From the UHGV virus genome UHGV-1372857: DNA of 47,784 bases. One strand, written 5' to 3'. Positions within the stretch are counted from its first letter, which is position 1. Every line of letters starts with the position of its first letter. Under the pieces are notes generated by a model that saw nothing but the letters and a program-made list of their open reading frames with translations, searched no databases and was not told the origin of the DNA. The stretch is from a virus. This document shows, piece by piece, positions 26,058-35,657 of the stretch. Position numbers and translations under genes: made by a program.

Positions 26058-26344
26058 CGAGTAGAGAGCAGTTTGAATCATGGCTAGAAGATGTCCACGG
26101 ATTATACGGGGAAGATGTCGAATGGCAGCCAGAGCGCAATTGCTACGCTAAATTTGGCATTCACCTTGCCTGTGGCGCATGGCAAGCATCACGCGCAGCA
26201 ATTGAGATTGAGCAAATGAAAGCTCTAACAACCAGAGATGCATTGGCTGCTGGTTATACAGCGGATTATGCAACTGGAGTGGAGCATGGAATTCAGGTTA
26301 TGGAAAACGCAATAGAATTGGCTGGATTAAAGGTGAAAGTATGA
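26054..26344 (+). CDS. hypothetical protein (96 aa)
   Basis: Coupled ORF. Confidence 0.35.
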   Translation: MTSREQFESWLEDVHGLYGEDVEWQPERNCYAKFGIHLACGAWQASRAAIEIEQMKALTTRDALAAGYTADYATGVEHGIQVMENAIELAGLKVKV

Positions 26345-26667
26345 AACTACAACTTAACGAAATCATGGAAGCAACAATCAGCGAACTGGATGACATTGAT
26401 ATGACGCTTGCCTTTGAGATTGAGGCTATTGAGCGCCAGCTTGCTGGCAATCAGAATGGAAATAAGGTATGGAGAGAGAAGGCTATGAAGGCAAAGGGAC
26501 ATATGCAGCGCACTCGCGCGCTGGTTCGCACTCGCCTTGATAAGCTCTACTACGGCGAAGAAAGAATGTTGCACGGCGCTATTCTGGCTGAAATCCGCAA
26601 AACGATGCCTGTCGGGAAATTTATGGATATGGTTTATAAAGACAAACGTAATGCGGGGTTGTTATGA
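26341..26667 (+). CDS. hypothetical protein (108 aa)
   Basis: Coupled ORF. Confidence 0.35.
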   Translation: MKLQLNEIMEATISELDDIDMTLAFEIEAIERQLAGNQNGNKVWREKAMKAKGHMQRTRALVRTRLDKLYYGEERMLHGAILAEIRKTMPVGKFMDMVYKDKRNAGLL

Positions 26668-26849
26668 TGCGCATGTATCAGTGCTACAGGTGTGGTGAAT
26701 CAAAGGATTGGTACAGGTTTAACCCTGGTCAAAAATATTGGATTAGAAAGTGTATCCGTTGCGAGCGATCTCCTGTTGGGTCAATGCCTATTAGACAGGA
26801 TTCATCTCACGTGTTTCATAGTGGAAAGATAATGAAGGTGTGCAGATGA
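26664..26849 (+). CDS. small zinc-ribbon protein (CxxC…CxxC)
   Basis: CYRCGESKD…CIRCERS. Confidence 0.35.
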   Translation: MMRMYQCYRCGESKDWYRFNPGQKYWIRKCIRCERSPVGSMPIRQDSSHVFHSGKIMKVCR

Positions 26850-27048
26850 TTCCCGTGCTATGAATTACCGGAGCAGACAAATTCTGCAAGATAATTAATG
26901 TCGGCTAACTTACTAACGTAGATGCATATGGAATTCCTTTTTCTGCACAGCTGACGCCATGCTCGTGCTCACAGGTAATGCAATCTCGGACTAATCTGTT
27001 ACAGGAATTAACTCATGGCTGTTACCTTGCACTCAGGAGGTAGCAGCC

Positions 27049-27171
27049 ATGCCAATCATACTGATATCATTCTTTGCTACTCTTTTCGCTTTTACCGCAT
27101 CTCCGCTTTACCTTCTCGCGTCCGTTTCGTGGTGCATATTCATGGTGTGTTATAATCCTGGCATAAAGTAA
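27049..27171 (+). CDS. small hydrophobic peptide (40 aa) with a strong SD (AGGAGG, 8 nt spacing)
   Basis: MPIILISFFATLFAFTASPLYLLASVSWCIFMVCYNPGIK. Not in the ORF track because it is under 60 aa. Confidence 0.3.
   Translation: MPIILISFFATLFAFTASPLYLLASVSWCIFMVCYNPGIK
27148..27156 (+). promoter_or_regulatory. extended -10 promoter TGtTATAAT for the head-gene operon
   Basis: TG at 27148-27149 and TATAAT at 27151-27156, 30 nt upstream of the scaffold gene start. Confidence 0.45.
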
Positions 27172-27186
27172 GCGCGGAGAAAGGTC

Positions 27187-28587
27187 ATGATTGTCAAAAT
27201 TGGCGACAAGTGGGTCGTTAAATCTAAGGATGGCTCGCACCAGTTTGGCGAGTACGACACCGAAGAGGCGGCGAAAAAGCGCCTTGCTGAGGTGGAGGCA
27301 TTCAAGCACATGAATAATAAATTACAGGTTAACATCCTGTACACCATCAACTCAGCCAGCAATATCAGTGAAAAAGTCATTGATGGCGACCCGCATTATG
27401 TCATCAAGAACGTTGTGCCGGTTGTGGATGACATTGTCATGAATGGCGGCCTGTACCCTGGCGATGAGATTAAAAAATCATTCCATGGGCTTGACGGGAA
27501 GCCAGCGCCATATGACCACCCGAAGATTGACGGCAAATATGTGTCAGCCAACATGACGCGAGCTGCCAATCAGTTCAGTGTTGGGGCATGGATTGAGAAC
27601 TCATCTCATGACGGCAGCAAGGCGCTGGTAGACCTTTATATTAATAAGGTGGTGGCTGAGCGATCTGATAAAGGCAGGGAGTTGCTGTCTCGCATTGATG
27701 GCCTCAAGGCCAACAGCGCCGATGCTGAGCCTGTTCAGGTATCTACCGGCCTGCTGCTCAACCGCGAGCAGGCATCAGGAACTTCTAAGGGCAAAAAATA
27801 TTCCTGGATTGCCCGAAATATGGAATGGGATCACCTTGCCATTCTTCCGCCTGGTATTCCCGGTGCTGGTGGGCCTGCTGATGGTGTCGGTATCTTTGCT
27901 GCTAACGGCGAAGACATTGAGCGTGTTGTAGTTAACCTTGAGGAATCGGCAATGACCGACGAAAGTGCAAACAAAATCAAATGGTGGCAGCGCGCCATCA
28001 ATCGCCTGACTGGCAATCAACTGTCATTCACCGATATTACCGAGCAACTCCGCAATATCATCAAGGCCGAGATGCCAGCCGACTCATGGCCTTATATCGT
28101 CGCCGTTTATGATAATTACTTTGGCGTTGAGATTGACGGCACCATTTATATGCAGTCCTACATCGTCCGTGAGGATATGGTAGAATTAGTCGGTGAACGG
28201 GTTAAGGCTGTTTATAAGACAGAGCTTGAACCGGTAAAAACAACTCAAGGGGAAATCTCAATGACTAACGAGGAATTACAGGCTGTATTAGCCGATGCCC
28301 TCAAACCGGTTCAGGAATCGTTGACCGCAGTCAACCAGAAACTGGCCGATGTGGAGGCGCAAAACAAAACCCTGCGCGACCAGCTGCAAGCCAATGCCGC
28401 ACAGGAAGAAACCGCAATGCGCGCCGCCATTATGGCTGAGCTGAAGTTGCCGGAATCTGCTGTTAATGCGCTGACTGGCGAAGCACTGCGTGAAACCTAT
28501 GCACTCACCAGTAAAGCGGCTCCGATTTCCGGCGGGTTCCAGCCGAACCGTGCCGAAGAAGATTTTGATATGGAGGCACCTGAATAA
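27187..28587 (+). CDS. head scaffolding / prohead protease-like protein (466 aa, N-terminal globular domain plus C-terminal coiled coil)
   Basis: Lies between the small genes and the decoration and major capsid genes. The C-terminal third is Ala/Gln/Glu-rich coiled coil, typical of scaffolds. Confidence 0.5.
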   Translation: MIVKIGDKWVVKSKDGSHQFGEYDTEEAAKKRLAEVEAFKHMNNKLQVNILYTINSASNISEKVIDGDPHYVIKNVVPVVDDIVMNGGLYPGDEIKKSFHGLDGKPAPYDHPKIDGKYVSANMTRAANQFSVGAWIENSSHDGSKALVDLYINKVVAERSDKGRELLSRIDGLKANSADAEPVQVSTGLLLNREQASGTSKGKKYSWIARNMEWDHLAILPPGIPGAGGPADGVGIFAANGEDIERVVVNLEESAMTDESANKIKWWQRAINRLTGNQLSFTDITEQLRNIIKAEMPADSWPYIVAVYDNYFGVEIDGTIYMQSYIVREDMVELVGERVKAVYKTELEPVKTTQGEISMTNEELQAVLADALKPVQESLTAVNQKLADVEAQNKTLRDQLQANAAQEETAMRAAIMAELKLPESAVNALTGEALRETYALTSKAAPISGGFQPNRAEEDFDMEAPE

Positions 28588-29051
28588 TGGCTACTATCCG
28601 TTATGGCACCATCATCGGCGGCCCGGCCCGCAAAAACGACCCGCAGTTGCGAGAAGGTCTGATGAACGTCGCTCTGCAACCGGGCGCACTGGTCGACTTC
28701 AACTCCTCTGACAAAATCATCGCGCATGCGACTGCTGGCGGTCATGGTTTCCCTTACGTCCTGCAACACAACTATGTTGGTGGCGGAGACGTGAGCGAAG
28801 CTGTACCGGCAAATGCTACCGGCATGGCAGTGCAGTGCGAATTTGGCGTAACGTATCACGCTCTGGTTGCGGCATCATCCGCGCTGGTAAAAGGTACTCC
28901 GCTGGCAAGCAATGGCTCCGGCGCGTTAAAAGTGGCTGGCACAGGTGATAAAATCCTGTTCTATGCGTATGAAGCCTACACCGTAGCATCTGATGGCGCT
29001 GAACTCGTTGCAGTTCGTCGCGCTGGCAATGCTGCAATGCCTGCGGCGTAA
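28587..29051 (+). CDS. head decoration / capsid accessory protein (154 aa)
   Basis: Gly/Ala-rich small protein immediately upstream of the major capsid gene. Confidence 0.45.
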   Translation: MATIRYGTIIGGPARKNDPQLREGLMNVALQPGALVDFNSSDKIIAHATAGGHGFPYVLQHNYVGGGDVSEAVPANATGMAVQCEFGVTYHALVAASSALVKGTPLASNGSGALKVAGTGDKILFYAYEAYTVASDGAELVAVRRAGNAAMPAA

Positions 29052-29062
29052 GGAGCCGAACA

Positions 29063-30151
29063 ATGGAAAAGATTATCTTTACGAAAGGCCTGATCACCAA
29101 CTCGCAGGTGGTTAAAGAGCAATGGCGCCATCTGACTGTTGACCGCAAGGTTTTCATCAATGGTGAAAACGCTCTGGCGAAAGAGTACGGCGTGAACGCC
29201 ACCGCACTGGTAACGAAAGACTACTGGCGCGAAGTGGATGACGTGACCACCCGTGTATTCCGCAACGAGTCCGGCATGGACATGATGGCCGACCTGATGA
29301 CGCTGGCGACCAACATCAACATCGGTAAGACCGTGGCAATCAGCCGCATGGCCTCTGATGCTGGTAAGGTTGTGCGCACCATCTCCGGTCAGGAACCTGA
29401 AGACCTGGATAAAACCCGCTATTCCTACAGCGGCGATGTAATCCCGATATTCAAAACAGGTTATGGCCGCGAGTGGCGTGAACTGCTGGGCATGCAGTCT
29501 GAAGGTTTCGACCCGCTGATTGATGACCAGGAAAGCACCACCTTCAACCTGCGTGCAGACATGGCGGATTATCTGCTGGTCGGCGATGCAAGCCTGAACG
29601 TAAACGGCGTTTATACTGCTTACGGCATCACCAACCACCCGAACACCGTGCAGCTCAACCTGAGTGCTTCTGGTACTGGCGCGCTGAACATCGACCTGCA
29701 AACGGCAACCCCTGATGAAATCGTTGAGTTCTTCAACCAGGATTTCCAGGCGGTTCTGGATGCACAGAACGTGTTCGAGCCGGTTACTCTGTGGGTATCT
29801 CCGTCTGTGCGCCGCTCCTTCAGCCGCCCGTACTCCAACGCGGCAGGCTTCAAAGGCGGCACCATTGAGGATTATATCCTCGCATTCGGCAAAACCGGCA
29901 ATGTTGGCCGCATCGCGTCTATCGGCACCAACTTCAAGCTGACCGGGAACCATTTCGTCGGCTATGTGAAGAATGCGCTGTATATCCGTCCTCGCGTCGC
30001 TCAGCCGGTATCCACGTATGCAGAGCCGCGTACCACGCCGCATGCTAACTTTAACTTCCTGACCTGGGCTGCTATGGGCTTGCAAATTAAAAAGGATTTT
30101 GCGGGCCGAAGCAAGGTATTCAACGCATACGGCACGCAAACCGCGCTGTAA
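29063..30151 (+). CDS. major capsid protein
   Basis: 362 aa with RBS aggag, followed by a strong terminator. Position after the scaffold and decoration genes. Confidence 0.7.
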   Translation: MEKIIFTKGLITNSQVVKEQWRHLTVDRKVFINGENALAKEYGVNATALVTKDYWREVDDVTTRVFRNESGMDMMADLMTLATNINIGKTVAISRMASDAGKVVRTISGQEPEDLDKTRYSYSGDVIPIFKTGYGREWRELLGMQSEGFDPLIDDQESTTFNLRADMADYLLVGDASLNVNGVYTAYGITNHPNTVQLNLSASGTGALNIDLQTATPDEIVEFFNQDFQAVLDAQNVFEPVTLWVSPSVRRSFSRPYSNAAGFKGGTIEDYILAFGKTGNVGRIASIGTNFKLTGNHFVGYVKNALYIRPRVAQPVSTYAEPRTTPHANFNFLTWAAMGLQIKKDFAGRSKVFNAYGTQTAL

Positions 30152-30178
30152 AAACAAAGGGGCGAATAGCCCCTTTTA
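30150..30178 (+). terminator. rho-independent terminator after the major capsid gene (AGGGGC gaata GCCCCT ttt)
   Basis: 6-bp stem followed by T's. Confidence 0.6.
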
Positions 30179-30194
30179 ACTATCAGAGGTTATC

Positions 30195-30389
30195 ATGGCT
30201 AAATATGAAGTAATCGCCAGCGGAATCTTCGTCAAGGATAAAGACGGCCGTCTGCGCGAGCTTGCCATTGGCGACGTCATTGACGAATCCACTCCGCACA
30301 TCGAGTCAAAACTTCGCCCGGTTAGTGAGAAAGTCCTGGAAGTTGCAACTCCGCAAGAATCGCAGCCAAAGGCAAAGAAAACCAAGTAA
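30195..30389 (+). CDS. hypothetical small protein (64 aa)
   Basis: RBS agaggttatcATGGCT, nearly identical to the translation-initiation region of the next gene. Confidence 0.4.
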   Translation: MAKYEVIASGIFVKDKDGRLRELAIGDVIDESTPHIESKLRPVSEKVLEVATPQESQPKAKKTK

Positions 30390-30392
30390 AAT

Positions 30393-30416
30393 AAACCCGC
30401 AAACAAGCGGGTTTTT
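30393..30416 (+). terminator. rho-independent terminator (ACCCGC aaacaa GCGGGT tttttatt)
   Basis: Stem followed by a T-run. Confidence 0.6.
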
Positions 30417-30430
30417 TATTGGGGGTTATC

Positions 30431-31249
30431 ATGGCTGTCAGGTACGAAATAAACACAACTCCAGCTGACGGAGAGGTTTTGCTTAGCGAAACCATGTCAG
30501 CAGACTGGACTGCATTGCAGGTGCAGATTGTTCCATTAGACTCTTCCGGCGGTCATGTACCATTAACAAGCGGCTCTGTTTCCGTAATGGTGTCGCCGTT
30601 CGCATCTGGTGACTTCTGGATTGACGTCAACAATAATAATTATTATGGGGTCGCACTGCGACTGAAGGTGATCAAGTCTCAGCTTCCTGCTGGCGTTGCA
30701 TCCCTGAAAGCCCTGGTGTGGCGAGCCGATACATCAGTGCCATCGAGTCAGGTTGTCGCGCAGTCCTACTCGGAGCTTGCCAATAAGCAGGGAAAGCTAT
30801 TCACCGCATCGCGTCGCGTAACTGATGTCGCTGGCGGAGCTAACCTTGACAGCATTTTTATTACCGGCTCAAAACAGGTTGTGTTTAACCAACGCATCAT
30901 CGGATACACCGGTAAAGGTGTCGTAGCGTCAATCTACCGTGGAGCCGTAGCCACTGGCGGCACCGCTGCGGAGATTAATAACCCAAATGACATCGCGCCG
31001 CATACTGCAACAGCGCAGCTTCTGACTGGCTCTACTGTGACAAGTATCGGCCAGCTGACGGTGGCCGCGACGTATAGTGAAGGAAACGCATCAAACCAGG
31101 GGCAGGGTAATTCACAGGCAAAACTTGGTGAGCAGGTCATCATGGCGCCTAATACTACCTATCTGTTACGCATCACGTCCCTGGATACTGCGGCGCAAAA
31201 TATCAATGCTTACGTTTCGTGGTTTGAGGATGACGCTTATCTTCCGTGA
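30431..31249 (+). CDS. putative virion structural protein (272 aa, Ser/Thr/Gly/Ala/Val-rich beta protein)
   Basis: RBS ggggg, ATG at 30431. The ORF-track start 30419 is TTG. Flanked by terminators. Confidence 0.4.
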   Translation: MAVRYEINTTPADGEVLLSETMSADWTALQVQIVPLDSSGGHVPLTSGSVSVMVSPFASGDFWIDVNNNNYYGVALRLKVIKSQLPAGVASLKALVWRADTSVPSSQVVAQSYSELANKQGKLFTASRRVTDVAGGANLDSIFITGSKQVVFNQRIIGYTGKGVVASIYRGAVATGGTAAEINNPNDIAPHTATAQLLTGSTVTSIGQLTVAATYSEGNASNQGQGNSQAKLGEQVIMAPNTTYLLRITSLDTAAQNINAYVSWFEDDAYLP

Positions 31250-31255
31250 TAAAAG

Positions 31256-31282
31256 AAAAGCCCCGTAAGGGGCTTTGTTTAA
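31256..31282. terminator. bidirectional terminator (aaaa GCCCCG taa GGGGC tttgttt)
   Basis: GC stem with flanking A-runs and T-runs. Confidence 0.65.
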
Positions 31283-31569
31283 AAGCGCTCTATGACAGAG
31301 GCAAAATAAGCGCCTCTTAGTTTTTTATCAACTGCATGATGGAATGTTGAGAATTGCCCGCTCCCATCAGGAACCGCTTTAAACCATGATTGATAATATC
31401 TGCCATATTCGCCAAGGTTTTCCCATTCTTTTCTTTCATCATCAGAAATGATTCCACTATTAATTGCCGCATCAAGTATTTGGCTTTCCGTGTAATCTCC
31501 TCTCATAACAAGCATCCCACAAGAAGAATCATTGTGCAGAATGTCAATTTCACCATCTCTCTTTTTCAT
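31279..31569 (-). CDS. hypothetical protein (96 aa; start at the internal Met MKKRDGEID)
   Basis: ORF in the minus-strand block. Confidence 0.4.
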   Translation of the reverse strand: MKKRDGEIDILHNDSSCGMLVMRGDYTESQILDAAINSGIISDDERKEWENLGEYGRYYQSWFKAVPDGSGQFSTFHHAVDKKLRGAYFASVIERF

Positions 31570-31594
31570 CACTAAATCCTCATCGGAATAACTG

Positions 31595-31768
31595 TTATTT
31601 TTTGTTCTTGATGTAATGCTGCTTTGCAATATACAGCATCTCATCAAATGATTTTCCGGTAACGCTTCGGCATTGTCGATAGTGTTGTAACGCAGCCTCT
31701 ATGGCCGCGTTGTCGATGCCTGGCAGTTTTTCGCGCAGGTTTTTCTCTATGAATTGTTCGTGGTTCAT
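31595..31768 (-). CDS. hypothetical small protein (57 aa; MNHEQFIEKNLREKLPGIDNAAIEAALQHYRQCRSV…)
   Basis: Not in the ORF track. Overlaps the 3' end of the next ORF in another frame. Confidence 0.25.
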   Translation of the reverse strand: MNHEQFIEKNLREKLPGIDNAAIEAALQHYRQCRSVTGKSFDEMLYIAKQHYIKNKK

Positions 31769-31983
31769 TGATTCATCCTTGTGTCGTACTGTGCTACATA
31801 GAAAAAGTCAATTGCACACCAGACACCTTTATGTTTAGTTTCACCAGTTTCTCGGCATACCCATTTTTCAAAACCTTTATTATCATTATTAGCAGTCCAT
31901 GTTGTCACGGAAAAAAGCGTACTTACCTGGACTATTGCCCCATTGCCATCCCTGTCTCCAAAGAGAATTATTTTATATGCCAT
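31765..31983 (-). CDS. hypothetical protein (72 aa)
   Basis: ORF in the minus-strand block. Confidence 0.35.
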   Translation of the reverse strand: MAYKIILFGDRDGNGAIVQVSTLFSVTTWTANNDNKGFEKWVCRETGETKHKGVWCAIDFFYVAQYDTRMNQ

Positions 31984-32798
31984 CACAGCTTCTCCAGAAT
32001 CGCCAGCACTTCACTCAACTCAGCGGAAGGAAGGCGCAAAAACTCCTCGGTCTCCTGTGCCACATGACCCTCAGCGACAACCATGTGATCTGCTTCTTTC
32101 AGCAACTGAATCAGGCGGTCAATCGGCTTAACTTTTTTGGCCTTGAGAGTTTTAGCTGTCACCTTATCCTTGCCCTGCGCTTTCGCTTCCTCAACGGCAG
32201 CATCAATAACGTTAACTGCATCATCGCCATGCTCACGCGCCACTGCAACGGCGTTGGCATAACTGATTTGGCCTGCATTGATACGCTGCTTGATAGCGTC
32301 AGGTACATCACCAAGTGACAGGTGCATCTGCACATCAGAAACAGAGCGGCCGACCTTCTTGGCGATTTCTTCATTCGTCCATCCGAACCCTTTCAGGCGC
32401 ACATAAGCCTTTGCGCGCTCAAGCGGGTCGAGCTGTTTACCCTGACTGGATGACACCATGAAGGCGATCTTGTCCGCTTCATCGCCGGTGAAGTCTTTGC
32501 ACTCAATGCGCGCAATTGGTATGCCGCGCTCAATGGCACGCAGTGCGCCAAGATAACGATGCTGGCCGTCAAGAATCTTAATGCGCTTTCCGTCAGCATC
32601 AGGAATAACAGTTAACGCCGGGATTGGCTGGCCTGACTCCCAGCACTGCGCGAAGTATTCAACATGCTGCTCATCGGCTTCGCGTATGTTGTACCCCGGC
32701 TCAAGATAAAGCTGATCGACAGGAACCTGATAACCTTTGTTGACCACGATTCCGCCGCGAGTTTCTTTGTCTGAGTAAATTTTTCCGAGAGATGTCAT
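31983..32798 (-). CDS. ParB/Sulfiredoxin-domain (ParB N-terminal nuclease-like) protein with a C-terminal HTH region
   Basis: ILDGQHRY motif (the ParB-N box, GxxR) followed by …EIAKKVGRSVSDVQMHLSL… HTH. Start at 32798 with RBS gagga. The ORF-track start 32834 is less likely. Confidence 0.65.
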   Translation of the reverse strand: MTSLGKIYSDKETRGGIVVNKGYQVPVDQLYLEPGYNIREADEQHVEYFAQCWESGQPIPALTVIPDADGKRIKILDGQHRYLGALRAIERGIPIARIECKDFTGDEADKIAFMVSSSQGKQLDPLERAKAYVRLKGFGWTNEEIAKKVGRSVSDVQMHLSLGDVPDAIKQRINAGQISYANAVAVAREHGDDAVNVIDAAVEEAKAQGKDKVTAKTLKAKKVKPIDRLIQLLKEADHMVVAEGHVAQETEEFLRLPSAELSEVLAILEKL

Positions 32799-32809
32799 CT
32801 TTTCCTCAC

Positions 32810-32926
32810 TTTGATAACCAGATTGCGCTGGCAATGGCGAATCCGATAACGATTAATGCCAGCTTGATTTTGAACTTATCCCACGCTTTCAGGTCTTCTT
32901 TGCGGATTTCGTGGCGGATCATTGGG
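32810..32926 (-). CDS. small membrane peptide (38 aa; MIRHEIRKEDLKAWDKFKIKLALIVIGFAIASAIWLSK)
   Basis: Not in the ORF track. C-terminal TM. Confidence 0.25.
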
Positions 32927-33215
32927 ATTCTCCGAGTGCTTTGGAGATTGCGGCGCGAGCGAATTCTATTTTATCAACCTCATCTTGATAAATGCCCACC
33001 CATGACTCGCCATTTTTATATGTTCCTGAAATGTCCACGTGGCCATTCTTTACTCGCTCCATACGATGCTGCTCCATAGCGATAATTGCCATCGGCAACG
33101 CCCACTGCAATGCATCCAGGAGATCACTGGCTACTTGCTTATTTACAACATGCTCATACGGTTCAACATTGGTTGCGTATTCAAATTTAATGCTCATCTT
33201 CATCACCTCTAACAT
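32919..33215 (-). CDS. hypothetical protein (98 aa), first gene of the minus block
   Basis: Lies downstream of a perfect TTGACG-17-TATAGT promoter on the minus strand. Confidence 0.5.
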   Translation of the reverse strand: MLEVMKMSIKFEYATNVEPYEHVVNKQVASDLLDALQWALPMAIIAMEQHRMERVKNGHVDISGTYKNGESWVGIYQDEVDKIEFARAAISKALGESQ

Positions 33216-33237
33216 TTATTGTTGTTTCTACGTCATC

Positions 33238-33266
33238 ACTATAGCGACACCCTCAATCTACGTCAA
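33238..33266 (-). promoter_or_regulatory. sigma70 promoter TTGACG-17-TATAGT (minus strand) for the 33215..31279 block
   Basis: TTGACG at 33266-33261, a 17-bp spacer, TATAGT at 33243-33238, then RBS agaggtg. Confidence 0.65.
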
Positions 33267-33427
33267 CACTTTATGATAAAATTAAACCAACAACACTCAC
33301 CCCGCGCTGTTCCGTCCTGAAAAACGTAAGGCGGCGAAATTGGATATAGCAATCGGCGTTATCGTCATAGCGTTTTCGCTGGTTCAGGTGTACAGATGCT
33401 GGAAGTTCATCATTCGGAGAATAATTA

Positions 33428-33715
33428 ATGAGAGACGCGCTTCAGCACGCCGCAAACCAGATAATTAGTGGCACTGTCGGCCAGGTAATCGACAAAGCCG
33501 GTTATACATCCATCGGCACGGGTCTTGGCCTGAAGGTGGCAGAGCAGACGCCGGTCGCGCAATCATACATTGCATCAATGATCCCCCATTCGATTACCGA
33601 GTGGGCAGCGGTAGCTTCTATACTTGGCGCGCTGTCACTGGTGGCAAAAAACCTTTTTGAGATGTGGTGGAAGATTCGGGAGAGCAAAAAGAATGGCAGC
33701 ACCGACAGCAAGTGA
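33428..33715 (+). CDS. membrane protein (95 aa), holin-like
   Basis: Two hydrophobic segments and a charged C-terminus (WWKIRESKKNGSTDSK). Confidence 0.35.
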   Translation: MRDALQHAANQIISGTVGQVIDKAGYTSIGTGLGLKVAEQTPVAQSYIASMIPHSITEWAAVASILGALSLVAKNLFEMWWKIRESKKNGSTDSK

Positions 33716-34085
33716 ACTTGTCGCCGCCATGGCGTCAAGAGGAGTAACTATCACCACGGCAGATGCAACGGGCATCCTGTGCCTGGTGGCGAGCATCACA
33801 GAGTGCCTTGAGCTTAATTACCCTGAGGACACATGCAGGCAGGATGCAATTCTGCTATGGGCATCTATCCTGATCGCCTCAAACACTGCCGGGAGATACA
33901 TCACCAGCCACCGGGCGCCATCTGGTGCGTCGCAGTCATTTGGTTATGGCAGCAAGCCGTGGATGGCCCTTTACAATCAGATGAAACTACTCGACACGGC
34001 AGACTGCACAGGCGACCTTGTGGAAGAGCCTGATGGGGCAGCAAAGCCGTGGTTTCGTGTTGTCACCGGGAGTAAGTGCAGATGA
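33693..34085 (+). CDS. head-tail connector (gp6-like) protein
   Basis: ~130 aa, first gene of the head-tail joining cluster. Confidence 0.45.
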   Translation: MAAPTASELVAAMASRGVTITTADATGILCLVASITECLELNYPEDTCRQDAILLWASILIASNTAGRYITSHRAPSGASQSFGYGSKPWMALYNQMKLLDTADCTGDLVEEPDGAAKPWFRVVTGSKCR

Positions 34086-34216
34086 AAACGTCAACATTAA
34101 CTGTAAATATCGCAATCCGTAAATGGTGCATTCCGCTGCTGGTTATCCTGGTATTGCTGCGCCTTCCTGTTCCGCGCTGGGTTTATACTCTTGAGGCCGC
34201 GCCATGTCAGCAATAG
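34082..34216 (+). CDS. small membrane peptide (44 aa)
   Basis: ATG overlaps the connector stop. Not in the ORF track. Confidence 0.2.
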   Translation: MKTSTLTVNIAIRKWCIPLLVILVLLRLPVPRWVYTLEAAPCQQ

Positions 34217-34548
34217 CGAGATGGAGCTATACGCAGCCATGCACAATCTGGCGGCTTACTGGCAAGGATAAGTATGGCAAGCCAACATTCGCCGCGCCAG
34301 AATCCATCATGTGTGATTATGGCTTCGATAAGAATCTGACTACTGGCACGGCTGGCAATGAAATTGCACAGAAAAACACATTCTGGACGGAATACCAGAA
34401 TGCGTCTGTTGGCGACTTCATCATGCTTGGCACTATCACCAGCGCTGACCCTTTGGCCGCCGGAGCTGACCAGATTAGAAACGTCGTGAATTACGGCAAT
34501 ACGCTGGACCGCAACGACCTTCCTGATTTTGCACTGGTAACGGGATAA
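34204..34548 (+). CDS. head-tail adaptor / head-closure protein
   Basis: 114 aa, position in the head-tail joining cluster. Confidence 0.45.
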   Translation: MSAIARWSYTQPCTIWRLTGKDKYGKPTFAAPESIMCDYGFDKNLTTGTAGNEIAQKNTFWTEYQNASVGDFIMLGTITSADPLAAGADQIRNVVNYGNTLDRNDLPDFALVTG

Positions 34549-34551
34549 TGT

Positions 34552-35019
34552 ATGGCCGCAAAAATGCGAGGTATCCAGCAGGCGATTAAGCGCACCCAGC
34601 AGATAGTCGGCGAGATTACTGGCGAAAAGGCTGTGCGGGCTATAAAGAGCGCCAACTTTATTATCCGCACTGAGGCGGCCAGCATGACGCCTGTTGATAC
34701 ATCCAATCTCATAAACAGTCAATATGACACTGTTGAGGTGAATGGCACCCGTATAACCGGAAAGATAGGGTATACAGCAAAATACGCCCTGTATGTGCAC
34801 AATGCGCCAGGTACGCTAAAAGGGCAGCCTCGCGCCCACTTTGGCAAGACAAGTAACCGCTCTGAGTTTGGGCCGCAGCAGGTCAGGGAGTTTGGTGGTG
34901 GCTCATTACAGGGAAACTATTGGGACCCGAGCGGCGAGCCTAAATTCCTTCTCAAGGCTGGCGAAAATACACGCGAGCTTGTCGATCAGGTAATTAAAAA
35001 AGAGATGACGCTAAAATGA
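34552..35019 (+). CDS. HK97 gp10-family tail-completion protein
   Basis: 155 aa, typical position and size. Confidence 0.5.
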   Translation: MAAKMRGIQQAIKRTQQIVGEITGEKAVRAIKSANFIIRTEAASMTPVDTSNLINSQYDTVEVNGTRITGKIGYTAKYALYVHNAPGTLKGQPRAHFGKTSNRSEFGPQQVREFGGGSLQGNYWDPSGEPKFLLKAGENTRELVDQVIKKEMTLK

Positions 35020-35399
35020 GAGATATGCTTGAGCTTGTTGACCAGTACCTTAGCGATGCCGGTCTTTATGATGGATGGACTTCTCAGCTTGAGTTCTGGA
35101 ACGATACCGAATTTGGCACCGACCGGTTTATGGTGCTGCAATCCAATGGCGGTACGAACGTAAGCAAAGACCTCAGCAATGATTATTATTTTTCGCTCTA
35201 TGTTGTCGGCCAGCAGGGTCAGTACAACATCGAGGAGACAAAAGCAAAAGCGCTTGATGTCATCTCATATATCAAAGAGCATCCAGTTGATAGTTGCATT
35301 GGCATGATTCAGTTGCAGGCGCCGCTTGGTCGCCCTACGCTTACGACAGAGAAAAGGCCTGTTTATGAGTTGCTGCTGAGGGTTGTTTTTGGTGAATAA
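35016..35399 (+). CDS. tail terminator (gpU-like) protein
   Basis: 127 aa, last gene before the tail tube region. Confidence 0.45.
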   Translation: MRDMLELVDQYLSDAGLYDGWTSQLEFWNDTEFGTDRFMVLQSNGGTNVSKDLSNDYYFSLYVVGQQGQYNIEETKAKALDVISYIKEHPVDSCIGMIQLQAPLGRPTLTTEKRPVYELLLRVVFGE

Positions 35400-35400
35400 A

Positions 35401-35425
35401 AAAGGCCGCTGACCGGCCTATTTAA
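35401..35425. terminator. terminator (aaaaa GGCCG ctgac CGGCC tattt)
   Basis: 5-bp GC stem serving both the plus-strand connector operon and the minus-strand tRNA transcript. Confidence 0.5.
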
Positions 35426-35577
35426 CCTTCATCCACAGTGATTTTGTGTTTAGCATGGACTTTCTTTTATGCGGGTTTGCTATATGGCTAATTGACTTCA
35501 TAAGCCGTTGCTTTTTATACCAATCAGAGCTTGGTGGAAATAATGGCATATTACCCTCTACATTTAGTTTGTAGTTG

Positions 35578-35654
35578 TGGTTCCCGCGACAGGATTCGAC
35601 CCTGTAATCATCCGATTATGAGTCGGGTGCTTTAACCAGTTAAGCTAAACGGGA
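35578..35654 (-). tRNA. tRNA-Met (anticodon CAT; could alternatively be Ile2/lysidine), CCA encoded
   Basis: Cloverleaf with acceptor TCCCGTT/CGCGGGA (one terminal mismatch), D-arm GCTT/AAGC, anticodon loop CTCATAA and T-arm ACAGG-GTCGAAT-CCTGT. Confidence 0.6.
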
Positions 35655-35657
35655 ATT

